Assembly: GCF_000737315.1 (NCBI RefSeq)
Contig: NZ_JMCB01000031.1
Span: forward strand, 1 to 64,000
Reading direction: 5' to 3'
Source of the DNA: Hyalangium minutum
GTDB lineage: Bacteria > Myxococcota > Myxococcia > Myxococcales > Myxococcaceae
DNA: 64,000 nt
A program made the position numbers and the translations under genes. Below, piece after piece: positions 35,969-45,298 of the stretch. Under the pieces are notes generated by a model, which ran no database searches, was not told where the DNA came from, and was given only the letters and a program-made list of their open reading frames with translations. Position 1 is the first letter of the stretch, and every line of letters starts with the position of its first letter.

Positions 35969-38623
35969 GTGGAAGTGACCGCTGATCCATTCCTCGAGCT
36001 GATCTCAGAGGCATGTGCGTCGCACCCTGGCTTCCAGGACGGTTGGCAGCTCCACCCCCCGTCGCGCGGGTGGATCCGAGTCACCCCCCTCCACTCGACG
36101 CTCCCGAAACAGGGGTGGAAGCTGCACCTCACCGCGGGAGAGCAGTCCTCCCGGCAGATTCTCACCCAGGCCCTTCCCGTGTTGCTGGAGGAGCAGGCCG
36201 CGTTCAAGGTGGCCGCTTCGCAGCAAGTGCTGGGAGATCTCAACGAAGGACGGAGCGGGCTGAGCCAGGTCGGTAAGTTCCTGACCATCTACCCACGGGA
36301 TGAGGCACACGCGGTGCGCCTGGCCACCCGGCTCGACGAGGCGACGCGCGGCCTGTCAGGTCCCCAGATACCTTCTGATCGGCAGCTGCGCCCGGGAAGC
36401 TGCGTCTTCTACCGCTACGGCAGCTTCAGCGGCCGCCACATGCAGCTGCCCATCGGCGAGCTGGTGGAGATCCTCGAGGCGCCCGATGGGCAGCTCTTCC
36501 CAGACAAGCGGGAGTCGGTCTACCGCGCGCCTCCCCCCTGGGTGAGAGACCCCTTCACCACGGGGCCCGGGCCCGCCGAGCCCCCCAAGGCTGCCCCCGG
36601 CGTCATCGCGGGACACTACGCGACGGTGGCCAGCATCCACCGCTCGGCCCGCAGCCAGGTCTTCCTCGCCATTGATCTCAAGGAGATGCGCAAGTGCGTG
36701 CTCAAGCAGGTGAAGCGCGCCGCGGGAGACGGTGACGCGGGCCGCCGGCGCCTGCACCACGAGATGGAGGTGCTGACCGCCCTGGCTCCGTCCCCCTGGT
36801 TTCCCACGCCCTACCAGTTCGTCGAGGACGAGACGTCCGCTTACCTCGCCATGGAGGACATTGAGGGCGACACGCTCTCCGCTCACATCCAGAAGCTCTC
36901 GGCGCGCGGCTGCTTCGCCTCGGAGGCGCAGTTGGTGTCCTGGGGGAGCCAGCTCGCCGAAGCCCTGGGGAGCATGCATGAGCGAGGGCTCGTCTTCAGC
37001 GATTTGAAGTCCGCCAACGTGCTGGTCCCCCCGCAGGGAAAGCTCCGCCTCATTGATCTGGAGCTGGCCCATGGCGCCTCGCTGCCGCGCGTGGAGGGGG
37101 CCGGAAAGGGAACGCACGGCTACATGACGCCGGCACAGGCCTCTGGGCAGCCATCCACCGCTGCGGATGACATCTACGCCCTCGGCGCCCTGCTCTACTT
37201 CGCCGCCACGGGCGCGGAGCCCTCGCACGCCCCCAGCGGCTCGCTGCTCGTCCGGCCTCTCTCCCGGCTCAACCCCTCGCTCTCTCCCGCGCTCGAAGCC
37301 CTCATCACACGGTGCCTGGCGCCGGAGCACGCGCCCCAGTCGATGCGAGAGGTGGCCCAGGCGCTCGCACAGATGGGGACGCCCTCCACCACGGCCCAGC
37401 TCACGCCCGCGGACCGCGCTCCCTCCGCCGCACCTCCCGGGGACCTCTACCGCACCCAGGCGCTGCGGCTGGGAGACACGCTCGTCCATACCGCCCAGCG
37501 CGATCCCTCCACCGGAGCCGTCTTCTGGAATCATGGGCACCCGCTGAACGGGGGCCTCCCCTCGCGGGACATCAACCTGGGGAGCGCGGGCATCCTCCTG
37601 GCCCTGTCGGCCCTGGTCTCCACGTTCCAGAAGCCCTCCCACCGCGCAACGCTGGCCGAGGCAGCCGCGTGGCTGGCGAAGGCGCCGAGGCCCGAAGGCC
37701 CACCGAACCCGGGGCTCTATGTGGGCGAGGCGGGCGTGGGGCTGGCGCTCCTGCGCGCTGGGCGCACGCTGGAGGACGAGGGGCTGGTGCAGGCGGCGCT
37801 CGAGCGGGCCCGCGCCGTGGCCCCCCTCCCCTTTGCCTCACCGGACGTGTTCAACGGCACGGCCGGACGCGTGCGCTTCCACCTCGAGGTGTGGCGGGAG
37901 CTGGACAGTGCCGAGAACCTCCAGGCCGCGCTCACGGCCGGAACCTCCCTGCTGTACAGCGCGCAGCGCTCGGAGGCGGGAGAGCTCAAGTGGGCCATCC
38001 CTCCTGGCTATGAGGGACTGAGCGGCAACATCCAGCTGGGCTACGCCCACGGGGCCGCCGGCATTGCCGACACCCTGCTGGACCTCTATGAGGCGACGCG
38101 CGAGCAGCGCTTCCTCGAGGCCGCCTGCGGAGCCGGGCGCTGGCTGCTCGCCCAGGCAGCCCCCGCGCTGGAGGACGGCAGCGGCCTGTGCTGGCCCTCG
38201 CAAGCGGGCGCCGCGCCGCATGCCGCGTTCTGGTGTCACGGCTCGGCCGGAGTGGGGAAGTTCTTCCTGCACGCCGCTCGGCTGGAGGCGCTCCCGGAAG
38301 CCGCCACCGTCGTGGAGCGCTGCTTCAAGACCGTGGCCCGAGGCACCCGCTGGGCCAACCCCGTCCAGTGCCACGGGCTGTCCGGCAACCTCGAGTTCCT
38401 CCTGGACGTGTACCAGGCCACGCGCAAGCCCGAGCACCTCGAGGCGGTGCAGGAGCTCGTGGGACTCCTACAGGCGTTCGCCGTGGAGAAGGAAGGCCAC
38501 CTCTACTGGCCGGCGGAGAACCCGTTCCTGCTGAGCCCCTCCTATATGGTGGGCTACGCGGGAGTCGCGGCGTGCCTGCTGCGCCTCGCGGAGCCCGAAC
38601 AGCGCGCCTCCCTGCTGCGCTGA
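35969..38623 (+). CDS. lanL: Class IV lanthipeptide synthetase (lyase-kinase-LanC cyclase); true start may be GTG 35975
   Basis: QGWKLHL, GKFLTIYP, YRYG lyase; DLKSAN/DLE kinase; GYAHGAAG, FWCHG and QCHG Zn-binding cyclase motifs. Confidence 0.92.
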   Translation: MEVTADPFLELISEACASHPGFQDGWQLHPPSRGWIRVTPLHSTLPKQGWKLHLTAGEQSSRQILTQALPVLLEEQAAFKVAASQQVLGDLNEGRSGLSQVGKFLTIYPRDEAHAVRLATRLDEATRGLSGPQIPSDRQLRPGSCVFYRYGSFSGRHMQLPIGELVEILEAPDGQLFPDKRESVYRAPPPWVRDPFTTGPGPAEPPKAAPGVIAGHYATVASIHRSARSQVFLAIDLKEMRKCVLKQVKRAAGDGDAGRRRLHHEMEVLTALAPSPWFPTPYQFVEDETSAYLAMEDIEGDTLSAHIQKLSARGCFASEAQLVSWGSQLAEALGSMHERGLVFSDLKSANVLVPPQGKLRLIDLELAHGASLPRVEGAGKGTHGYMTPAQASGQPSTAADDIYALGALLYFAATGAEPSHAPSGSLLVRPLSRLNPSLSPALEALITRCLAPEHAPQSMREVAQALAQMGTPSTTAQLTPADRAPSAAPPGDLYRTQALRLGDTLVHTAQRDPSTGAVFWNHGHPLNGGLPSRDINLGSAGILLALSALVSTFQKPSHRATLAEAAAWLAKAPRPEGPPNPGLYVGEAGVGLALLRAGRTLEDEGLVQAALERARAVAPLPFASPDVFNGTAGRVRFHLEVWRELDSAENLQAALTAGTSLLYSAQRSEAGELKWAIPPGYEGLSGNIQLGYAHGAAGIADTLLDLYEATREQRFLEAACGAGRWLLAQAAPALEDGSGLCWPSQAGAAPHAAFWCHGSAGVGKFFLHAARLEALPEAATVVERCFKTVARGTRWANPVQCHGLSGNLEFLLDVYQATRKPEHLEAVQELVGLLQAFAVEKEGHLYWPAENPFLLSPSYMVGYAGVAACLLRLAEPEQRASLLR

Positions 38624-38644
38624 GCCGCGCGTGCGCCCGGATGC

Positions 38645-39646
38645 CTAGCCCACCCGGAGAACGGGGGGGACATGCTGGAACGTGGGGGCATCCCGCGTCA
38701 GCTCCTCCTGCAGCGGACGGAGCGCCGCGCCGCGCCGCGCACTCAGCCGGTACAGCTCCAGCACGAGGGCATGCCACAGGGACGGGGTGGCTCCGCGCCC
38801 GGCCGAGAGGAACACGGGGACCTCCGCCAGGAACTCCTCATCCCGCTCCTCCGCCGCCAGCCACCGGAGCCGCAACCACTGGTGGGGACGCGCAAACGGA
38901 GCGCACGCCGACGCGCCGCTCTGGAGATGCGGGCCGAAGCGCTCCAGCCTGCGCCGTGTCTCAGCACCCTCGGGCGCGAGGACCTCGGCCAGAGATTCGA
39001 GGACATCCTCGAACATCATGGCTGCGACGTCCGCTTGCAGGGGAACTGCCGCAGTGGCGCGGAGCGCCGACAGCGGCCAGGCGTTGGCATCCCCCTCGAT
39101 GTAGGAGAGCAGCGGGAGCCCCAGCTCCAGCGCCTCATCCAAACGCCCCCGCCGGGCCTCCATGTGGATCAGGTTGCGCACGAGGTGGATGCGCCGCGGT
39201 TCGGTGAACGTGTGGCCATGCGCCACCTGAAGCGTGTTGGTCGCCTCCAGCGACTTCAGCAGCGCGGCGTGCGCCTCCTCGAAGCGCGCCGTGCGGTAGA
39301 GGAGGTAGGCCTCCCCGGCCTCGTGGAGTGTCGTCACGAGCAGGCGCGCTTCCGGGCTCAGCTCCTCCAGGCCCAGCTCGGCCCGGGCCTCTTGCATGCT
39401 CTGCTCGGCCGCCGTGTTGTCGCCAGCGCGAGAGGCGCGAAGTCCCCGCTCGCGGGGGCCCACACTTCGCCGGATGCGCATGATCTCCTGGGGCGAGAAC
39501 CGGGCGCTGGCGAGACGCTGCGCCTCTTCCTCGAACCGCCGCAGCAGCAAGGCCTGGGCCGAACGCGAGTTCACGCTCTTGCCCTGTGTGTAGGCCTGCA
39601 GAACCGTTGGCACCAGCGAGGTGAGTTGCTCAGCGGCGCGAACCAT
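38645..39646 (-). CDS. TPR-like helical hypothetical protein convergent on lanL, 333 aa
   Basis: ATG 39646 with GGAG RBS; helical repeat pattern; no catalytic motif recognised. Confidence 0.7.
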   Translation of the reverse strand: MVRAAEQLTSLVPTVLQAYTQGKSVNSRSAQALLLRRFEEEAQRLASARFSPQEIMRIRRSVGPRERGLRASRAGDNTAAEQSMQEARAELGLEELSPEARLLVTTLHEAGEAYLLYRTARFEEAHAALLKSLEATNTLQVAHGHTFTEPRRIHLVRNLIHMEARRGRLDEALELGLPLLSYIEGDANAWPLSALRATAAVPLQADVAAMMFEDVLESLAEVLAPEGAETRRRLERFGPHLQSGASACAPFARPHQWLRLRWLAAEERDEEFLAEVPVFLSAGRGATPSLWHALVLELYRLSARRGAALRPLQEELTRDAPTFQHVPPVLRVG

Positions 39647-39734
39647 GCAGAGGACTCCCAAAAGCGACGAAGAATGCCCACCTGAGCCTATAAGGAATCT
39701 CCTGGGTGTTGCTACCGGCCGGAGGCCCCGAACC

Positions 39735-40145
39735 ATGGTGGAGCTGCGCGTCTGCATCGACGTCGATGACTTGGACAAGGCGATTGGGTTCTACACGGAG
39801 GTGCTCGGGCTGAAAGTGGGGCGCCGGTTCGGGGACAGTGGCGCGGAGCTGCTCGGAGGCTCGGCCCCCATCGACTTGCTCGCCAAGCCCGCAGGCAGCC
39901 AGCCCAGCCCGAACTCCTTCTCCATGCGCGACTACCGCCGGCACTGGACACCCGTCCACCTGGACTTCGTCGTCACCGACGTGGAGGCCGCCGTGGAGCG
40001 GGCCAAGGCCCAGGGCGCCGTGCTGGAGCACCCCATCAAGGATCAGCCCTGGGGCCGGCTCGCCCTGCTCGCGGACCCGTTCGGACACGGCATCTGCTTC
40101 CTGCAGTTCAAGGGCCGCGGCTACGACGAGCTGGGCGGGAGCTGA
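39735..40145 (+). CDS. VOC/glyoxalase family protein
   Basis: IDVDDLDKAIGFYTEVLG, VHLDFVVTD, PWGRLALLADPFGH. Confidence 0.92.
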   Translation: MVELRVCIDVDDLDKAIGFYTEVLGLKVGRRFGDSGAELLGGSAPIDLLAKPAGSQPSPNSFSMRDYRRHWTPVHLDFVVTDVEAAVERAKAQGAVLEHPIKDQPWGRLALLADPFGHGICFLQFKGRGYDELGGS

Positions 40146-40151
40146 CGCGCG

Positions 40152-42227
40152 TCAGTAGTGGTACTGCGTCTTCTTCGCCCACTCCGTCTTCCCGTACTTG
40201 CGCTGCAGCAGCTGGAAGGCCTGCTTCGACAGAGCGCTGCGGGCCTTGCTCCCTTCCTCATAGGAGGTGCAGAAGGTGCGATCGAAGCGCGTCTGCCGCA
40301 CGGACTCGTGCAGGGCCTCCGGCACCAGCGCGTCATCCGGGTGGCGCTTCGCGTAGTCCAGCGTGAACTGGATGAGCAGCTCCGGGGACTCGCCCAGCTT
40401 GCCCAGTGCCTGGCGCTCGGCAAGCACCTCCCGGCGCTCGGCCACGGAGATGAAGCGCGTCCCACAGGAGCCCTTCGACGCGTCGCAATCCTGGTAGAAG
40501 TCCGTGGGCTCTCCGCCGCACCAGCCGGACCCCAAGCAGATGTCGTAATCGAACCCGCCTTGCGTCCGATAGGGGCTCACGTTCGGCGACATCCCCGGCG
40601 ACTTGAGCAACACCCACACGGCGGCCATCCTCCGCTCCTCGGGCTTCTCGCGGGCCTTCACCTTCGCCAGCACCTCCTTCAGCTCCGGCGCCACCTGCTC
40701 CACCAGCGGCTCCAGCGCCTTCTCCTCCTCCCAGCGGTCCAGCAGCGCCGCTCGCGCCCAGCCCCCCAGCACCACCTCGCGGCGAAGCTTGGGGTCCAGC
40801 GCCGCCAGCATCTTCGCGTCCTTGAAGCGGGCCACCGGCACCCCCAAGGTGAAGAAGCGGTCCGCCTCCGAGGTCGACAGGTGCGCGTACTTCGCCCACT
40901 CCTCGAAGGTCAGCGCCGCCTGGCGCAGGCCCTCGGACAGGCGCTTGACGGTCAGCGGCGGCAACGTCGTCGCGCCCGACTCCAGCAACGGGAGAAGCTC
41001 CGCTCGCGCCTCGTCGAAGCGGCCCTGGGCGAGCGCCATCCGGCCCCGCGCCGCATGCACTGTCACGTAGGCCGGTGAGTCCTTGGGAATGGAGGCGCTC
41101 TGGGCGAGCAGCTCTGCAAGCTCCGGCTCCTTCCCCGTCGCCTGGCTCAGCGCCGCCACGAGCCAGGGCTGCGAGCGCGTCTTCTTCCACCACTCCACCG
41201 CCCGCGCATAGCCATCCTTGCCCCGGAACACGTCGAGGAACGACGACAGCTCATCCGTCGACGGAGGTTGCCCTTTCCGGAGTGCGAAGTAGTCGCGCCA
41301 TGCATAGCCGAAGTTGTCGTCCGGCTTCTCCAGCAGCACCCGGCCCAGCAGGTTGAGCTGCTTGTCAGGGCGCAGGCGGTAGTCGATGAACCACGTGAGC
41401 TGCCGCGTCTGCCGGTGGAGATCCTTCAACCCAGGGTCCTTCACGATGGCCACGCACCGCTCGCGCGCCCTCTCCAGCAGCACTCGCTTCTCTTCGTCGG
41501 CCTGGGCCACCAGCGTCGCCTGACGGATGACGGCGCGCACCGCCACGAGCCGGGCCCACCCACGCCATGGAGACGCCGCGTCCTTGGCAATCGCATCCAG
41601 TTGCCGGATCGCCTCCTCGAACTCCCCTGCGTAGAAGAGCGCTGCGGCCGTCTGGTAGGCGCGATCCGTACGCGCCCCGGCCGAGGCGTTCGCGGGAGCA
41701 GGCGCTGGCAGCACCTTCTCCCCTCTTCCACAGTTGGCGAACACCGCGTCCTGCGCCTTCGCCCAGTCGATCACCTCGGGGTGGCTGGCGCCCAGCTTCG
41801 CGATGCGCTCGTCCAGTGACTGGGCGGCCACCTCGAAGGCGCCCGTGAGGCAGTTGAAGAACCATGTGTACTCTCCGAAGGGAGCCTCGGTGGCGATCTC
41901 GCCGCGCTCGGAGGGCACGGGCACCTTGGCGCGGGCGTCCGTCCAGGTTCCCGTGTACACGCCGGGGTAGGAGCTCTCGAGCGGCAGCATGCTCGCCACG
42001 AGCTCCTTCTCCGGCCCTGCCAGGCCGCGCATCAGCAAGAAGCCCACGGTCTGGCACTCCGGCGAGTGCTCCGTCAGATCGCCCAGCTTTCCGGCCATGC
42101 AGGCCTGAAGGTCATCCCTGGGCGAGGGCTCCGAGCAGTCGGGGCCACACGCTTCGCTCGGAGCGGCCCACAGCAAGGGCACGGCCAGGGTGAGCGCCAG
42201 CGCCGCACGTGCGAAGAAGGACTTCAT
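40152..42227 (-). CDS. Secreted TPR-like protein, 691 aa, partner of DUF3142
   Basis: Signal peptide ending ACGPD; YQTAAALFYAG TPR-like helix; ATGA overlap. Confidence 0.8.
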   Translation of the reverse strand: MKSFFARAALALTLAVPLLWAAPSEACGPDCSEPSPRDDLQACMAGKLGDLTEHSPECQTVGFLLMRGLAGPEKELVASMLPLESSYPGVYTGTWTDARAKVPVPSERGEIATEAPFGEYTWFFNCLTGAFEVAAQSLDERIAKLGASHPEVIDWAKAQDAVFANCGRGEKVLPAPAPANASAGARTDRAYQTAAALFYAGEFEEAIRQLDAIAKDAASPWRGWARLVAVRAVIRQATLVAQADEEKRVLLERARERCVAIVKDPGLKDLHRQTRQLTWFIDYRLRPDKQLNLLGRVLLEKPDDNFGYAWRDYFALRKGQPPSTDELSSFLDVFRGKDGYARAVEWWKKTRSQPWLVAALSQATGKEPELAELLAQSASIPKDSPAYVTVHAARGRMALAQGRFDEARAELLPLLESGATTLPPLTVKRLSEGLRQAALTFEEWAKYAHLSTSEADRFFTLGVPVARFKDAKMLAALDPKLRREVVLGGWARAALLDRWEEEKALEPLVEQVAPELKEVLAKVKAREKPEERRMAAVWVLLKSPGMSPNVSPYRTQGGFDYDICLGSGWCGGEPTDFYQDCDASKGSCGTRFISVAERREVLAERQALGKLGESPELLIQFTLDYAKRHPDDALVPEALHESVRQTRFDRTFCTSYEEGSKARSALSKQAFQLLQRKYGKTEWAKKTQYHY

Positions 42228-42970
42228 GGTGACTTCTCCCGGAGCTGCTGCAGGTCCTGGGCAGTCCAGGACCGGGGGTTGAACCAATACCTGCGGCGTC
42301 CGGAGGGCAACGAAGGCTGGGGCTCATCCACCACGAAGCCCACGCTCTCCCGGCACCGAGCGCCGTTGAAATCTCCTCGCCGCGCCAGCTCCGCGCGCAC
42401 CTGCTGCGAGTCCACGCCCATGCGGAACACCATGGGCACCACCTCGTCCACCGGCAGCCCGTCGAGCCAGCCGTCGTCCAGACACCACGATGCCAGCGCC
42501 GTCATCGACAGACGCAGGGTTGCGGGCAGAGCGGCCCGAAGGTCCTGGAGCAGCGCGCGGTAGAAGGGGCGCTCGGAGGCGCGGGCGTCGTAGTCCACCT
42601 GCACAGCGTCCGGGGCCTGCTGCTGCACCTGATCGGAGATGAGCTTCACGAGCCTGGCGCGCTGGGCCTCGCTGGGCGCAGTGCCACGTGCCACCTCGAT
42701 GCGCATCACCGCCAGCCGGTACGTGCCCGGAGGCACCACGAGGGGCTGGCGGCGGCGGTAGGCCTGCACGCCCTCTCCGGAGAGCTGGAGAGTGACCGCA
42801 TGGAAGGCGACGCCCTCTCGCGCCGGGTCGATGAAGTCGAGCCGCTCGGGGCGCTCCCAGGCCCACAGAAACACGGGCGGGGGCTCCGCCGCGCTCGCGG
42901 GCACGGCCAGGAGCAGCAGCCCCAGCGACAGGGCACGAAACCTCCGGGCACACCGAGGGGAGGAATTCAT
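42224..42970 (-). CDS. DUF3142-family secreted protein
   Basis: LWAWERPERL, VQVDYDA, SMTALASWC, VPMVFRMG. Confidence 0.8.
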   Translation of the reverse strand: MNSSPRCARRFRALSLGLLLLAVPASAAEPPPVFLWAWERPERLDFIDPAREGVAFHAVTLQLSGEGVQAYRRRQPLVVPPGTYRLAVMRIEVARGTAPSEAQRARLVKLISDQVQQQAPDAVQVDYDARASERPFYRALLQDLRAALPATLRLSMTALASWCLDDGWLDGLPVDEVVPMVFRMGVDSQQVRAELARRGDFNGARCRESVGFVVDEPQPSLPSGRRRYWFNPRSWTAQDLQQLREKSP

Positions 42971-43013
42971 GCCCCCACGATGCCACGTCTCCCTGACCGT
43001 GTCGGCCAGGGAA

Positions 43014-44399
43014 TCAAGCACTCCCTGGGGAGGAGGCCTCGGCCGCGAGCGCCGCCAGCTCATCCTGGAAGGCCACCACCAACCGGTGGGGATCCGGCAC
43101 CAGCCCCGCGTCCACGGAGACGCCCACCGTCACCTGGCCCGCGTAGCTGAAGATGCTCACGCCCAGGCTCACCTTGCCTGTCTGGGGCACCCAGAACATC
43201 AGCCCCTCCAGCTTCGTGCCCGCCAGATACACCGGGTGCCGGGGGCCAGGGACGTTGGTCATGACGAGGGAGCCCTTCGACGCCACCACCTCCACCACCG
43301 CTTTCTCCAGCGCCGCCGGGGCCATCCCCGCCATGCCGAGCATGCCGAACGTCAACGCCGCCTCCGGCGAGCGCTTCAGCGCGTCCATGCGCTGCTTGAG
43401 CAGCCGGAGCCTCCGCCGAGGCTCCACCTCCTTCACCGGCAGATCCAGGAACACCAGCCCGAAGCGATTGCCCAGCTCGCGGGGAATGGGCGCATCCAGC
43501 GGCCGCAGGTTCACCGGGACGAAGGCGCGCAAGTCCGCCACCGGCCCTCCCCGCTCCTCCAGGTAGCGCCGCAGCCCGCCCGAGAGCGCCGCGAGCAGCA
43601 CGTCATTGACGGTGCTCTCCATGGCGCGGCCGGTGGCCTTCACCTGCTCCAGCGGCAGCGGATCCGACCACACGGCACGCTTCGCCTGGCCCAGCGCTCC
43701 CCGAAGCACCGTGGGCGGATCCGAGGGCAGCAGCGCCAGCCGCTTCAGCGTGGCCGCGCCCCGGGCCCCCTCGCGCACGAGGTCCCCCACCTGGATGGGC
43801 TCGGCAATGAGCTCCGCGCTCCGCTTGAGCGCGGCACGGGTGCCCGAGGCCACCGCGCGGGCCCCTCGCAGCAGCTTCATCCAGCTGGGCGCGGGCGGCG
43901 CCTCGCGGGCGGAAGGCTCGGGGGTGAAGTGCTGCTCCGTGCCCTCATCCATGAGCGACAGGAGCACCCGCGCCAGGGAGATGCCATCCGCGAGCGTGTG
44001 GTGGATGCGCACCAGGAGCGCGCCCCCCTTCCCGAAGCCCTCCACGAGGTGCGCTTGCCAGAGTGGGCGCGAGCGCTCCAGCGGCACGCTCATCCACTCG
44101 CTCACCAGCGCCTCCAGCGCCTCGCGGTCTCCCGGCGGCGGCACCTGGAGGTGGCTCACGTGGGCGTCCCAGCGGAACGCCGCGTCTTCCTCCCAGAAGG
44201 GAACCCCGAGCAGGCCCTCGGGAACCACCAGCCGCTGACGGAAGCGGGGGAAGCGGTCCACCAGCCGCTCGCGCAGCACGGCCTCGAGCCGCTCCCAGTC
44301 CGGGCGCTCCTCGAACCAGAGCACCGCGGTGATCATCATCAGGTTGGTGGGCTCCTCCATCCGGAGCCACGCCGCATCCACACTGGCCAGCCGTTCCAT
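43014..44399 (-). CDS. Wax ester synthase/diacylglycerol acyltransferase (WS/DGAT)
   Basis: ERLASVDAAWL, RPLWQ, HHTLADG (HHxxxDG), TVNDV, VPVNLR, TNVPGP. Confidence 0.93.
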   Translation of the reverse strand: MERLASVDAAWLRMEEPTNLMMITAVLWFEERPDWERLEAVLRERLVDRFPRFRQRLVVPEGLLGVPFWEEDAAFRWDAHVSHLQVPPPGDREALEALVSEWMSVPLERSRPLWQAHLVEGFGKGGALLVRIHHTLADGISLARVLLSLMDEGTEQHFTPEPSAREAPPAPSWMKLLRGARAVASGTRAALKRSAELIAEPIQVGDLVREGARGAATLKRLALLPSDPPTVLRGALGQAKRAVWSDPLPLEQVKATGRAMESTVNDVLLAALSGGLRRYLEERGGPVADLRAFVPVNLRPLDAPIPRELGNRFGLVFLDLPVKEVEPRRRLRLLKQRMDALKRSPEAALTFGMLGMAGMAPAALEKAVVEVVASKGSLVMTNVPGPRHPVYLAGTKLEGLMFWVPQTGKVSLGVSIFSYAGQVTVGVSVDAGLVPDPHRLVVAFQDELAALAAEASSPGSA

Positions 44400-44478
44400 C
44401 GTCACGCCCCGTCGTACTTCAACGTGGCAGCCACCGTCTCCCGGGAACGAGAGCCCCCTCCGCGGGTCTGCGGACGCC

Positions 44479-45279
44479 CTACGGCTTCTCGGCCTCCTGG
44501 GTGTCACGGGCCTGGGTGCGCTGGAACTGGAAGGTGCTCTTCGAGGCGTCATCCACCACGAGGGTGAGCATGTCCTGCTCGACGCTGAAGGAGTAGCGCG
44601 GGCCCAGGAACTTCCCCTTGGACAGGCCGATGACGCGATCCACCCCACACACCTTGCCCACGGCCTGCCCGTCCTTCGGCTTGAGCACCACCTTGTCCTT
44701 CGCCACAGCGAAGGAGCCCCACGAGCGCACCTCGAGGAAGTTCCCCTGGCCGACCGCGGAGTCCTCCAGCTTGGTGCGCAGGATGAAGCACCCGGAGGGC
44801 GTCACCTCCAATGTCCGCACGTAGTCGGGACGAGGGTCAGGGTTGAGCCGGGCCGGCGCGCCAGGAGGCTCGGGCTTGAGGGTCGCCGCGACGAGCTCCC
44901 AGCGCCCCACCACCTTCTTGGGAGGCGGACCGTCCGTGGAAAAGCCCTCGCACGGCTCCCGCTTCTCCTTCTCCGGGCTCTTGGGAGCAGGCTCGAAGGC
45001 GCGCTGACACGTGCCTCCGCACAGGCGCGCCGAGCACTCGCTGTCATCCTCCGCACAGCCGGCCTTCTCGGTGCACGCCCGGAGCCGGCCGAGCGCCTGC
45101 TCACAGCCTTCGCGCAGGCATTGGTCCATGCAGCTCGAGTCAATGCACTCGGAGACACACACCCAGTTGGTGGTTCCACACACACCGCCTCCGAGGGTAC
45201 GCGGAGAACGGCTGGAGGCCTGGGCGCCAGCGGAAGCCACCCAGCCCAGCATCACAAGGACACAGAGCGTACGAGACAC
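44479..45279 (-). CDS. Secreted Cys-rich hypothetical protein with C-terminal beta-rich domain
   Basis: Signal peptide; dense Cys cluster in the N-terminal third. Confidence 0.7.
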   Translation of the reverse strand: MSRTLCVLVMLGWVASAGAQASSRSPRTLGGGVCGTTNWVCVSECIDSSCMDQCLREGCEQALGRLRACTEKAGCAEDDSECSARLCGGTCQRAFEPAPKSPEKEKREPCEGFSTDGPPPKKVVGRWELVAATLKPEPPGAPARLNPDPRPDYVRTLEVTPSGCFILRTKLEDSAVGQGNFLEVRSWGSFAVAKDKVVLKPKDGQAVGKVCGVDRVIGLSKGKFLGPRYSFSVEQDMLTLVVDDASKSTFQFQRTQARDTQEAEKP

Positions 45280-45298
45280 CCGAGGAAGCTAATCCTCC

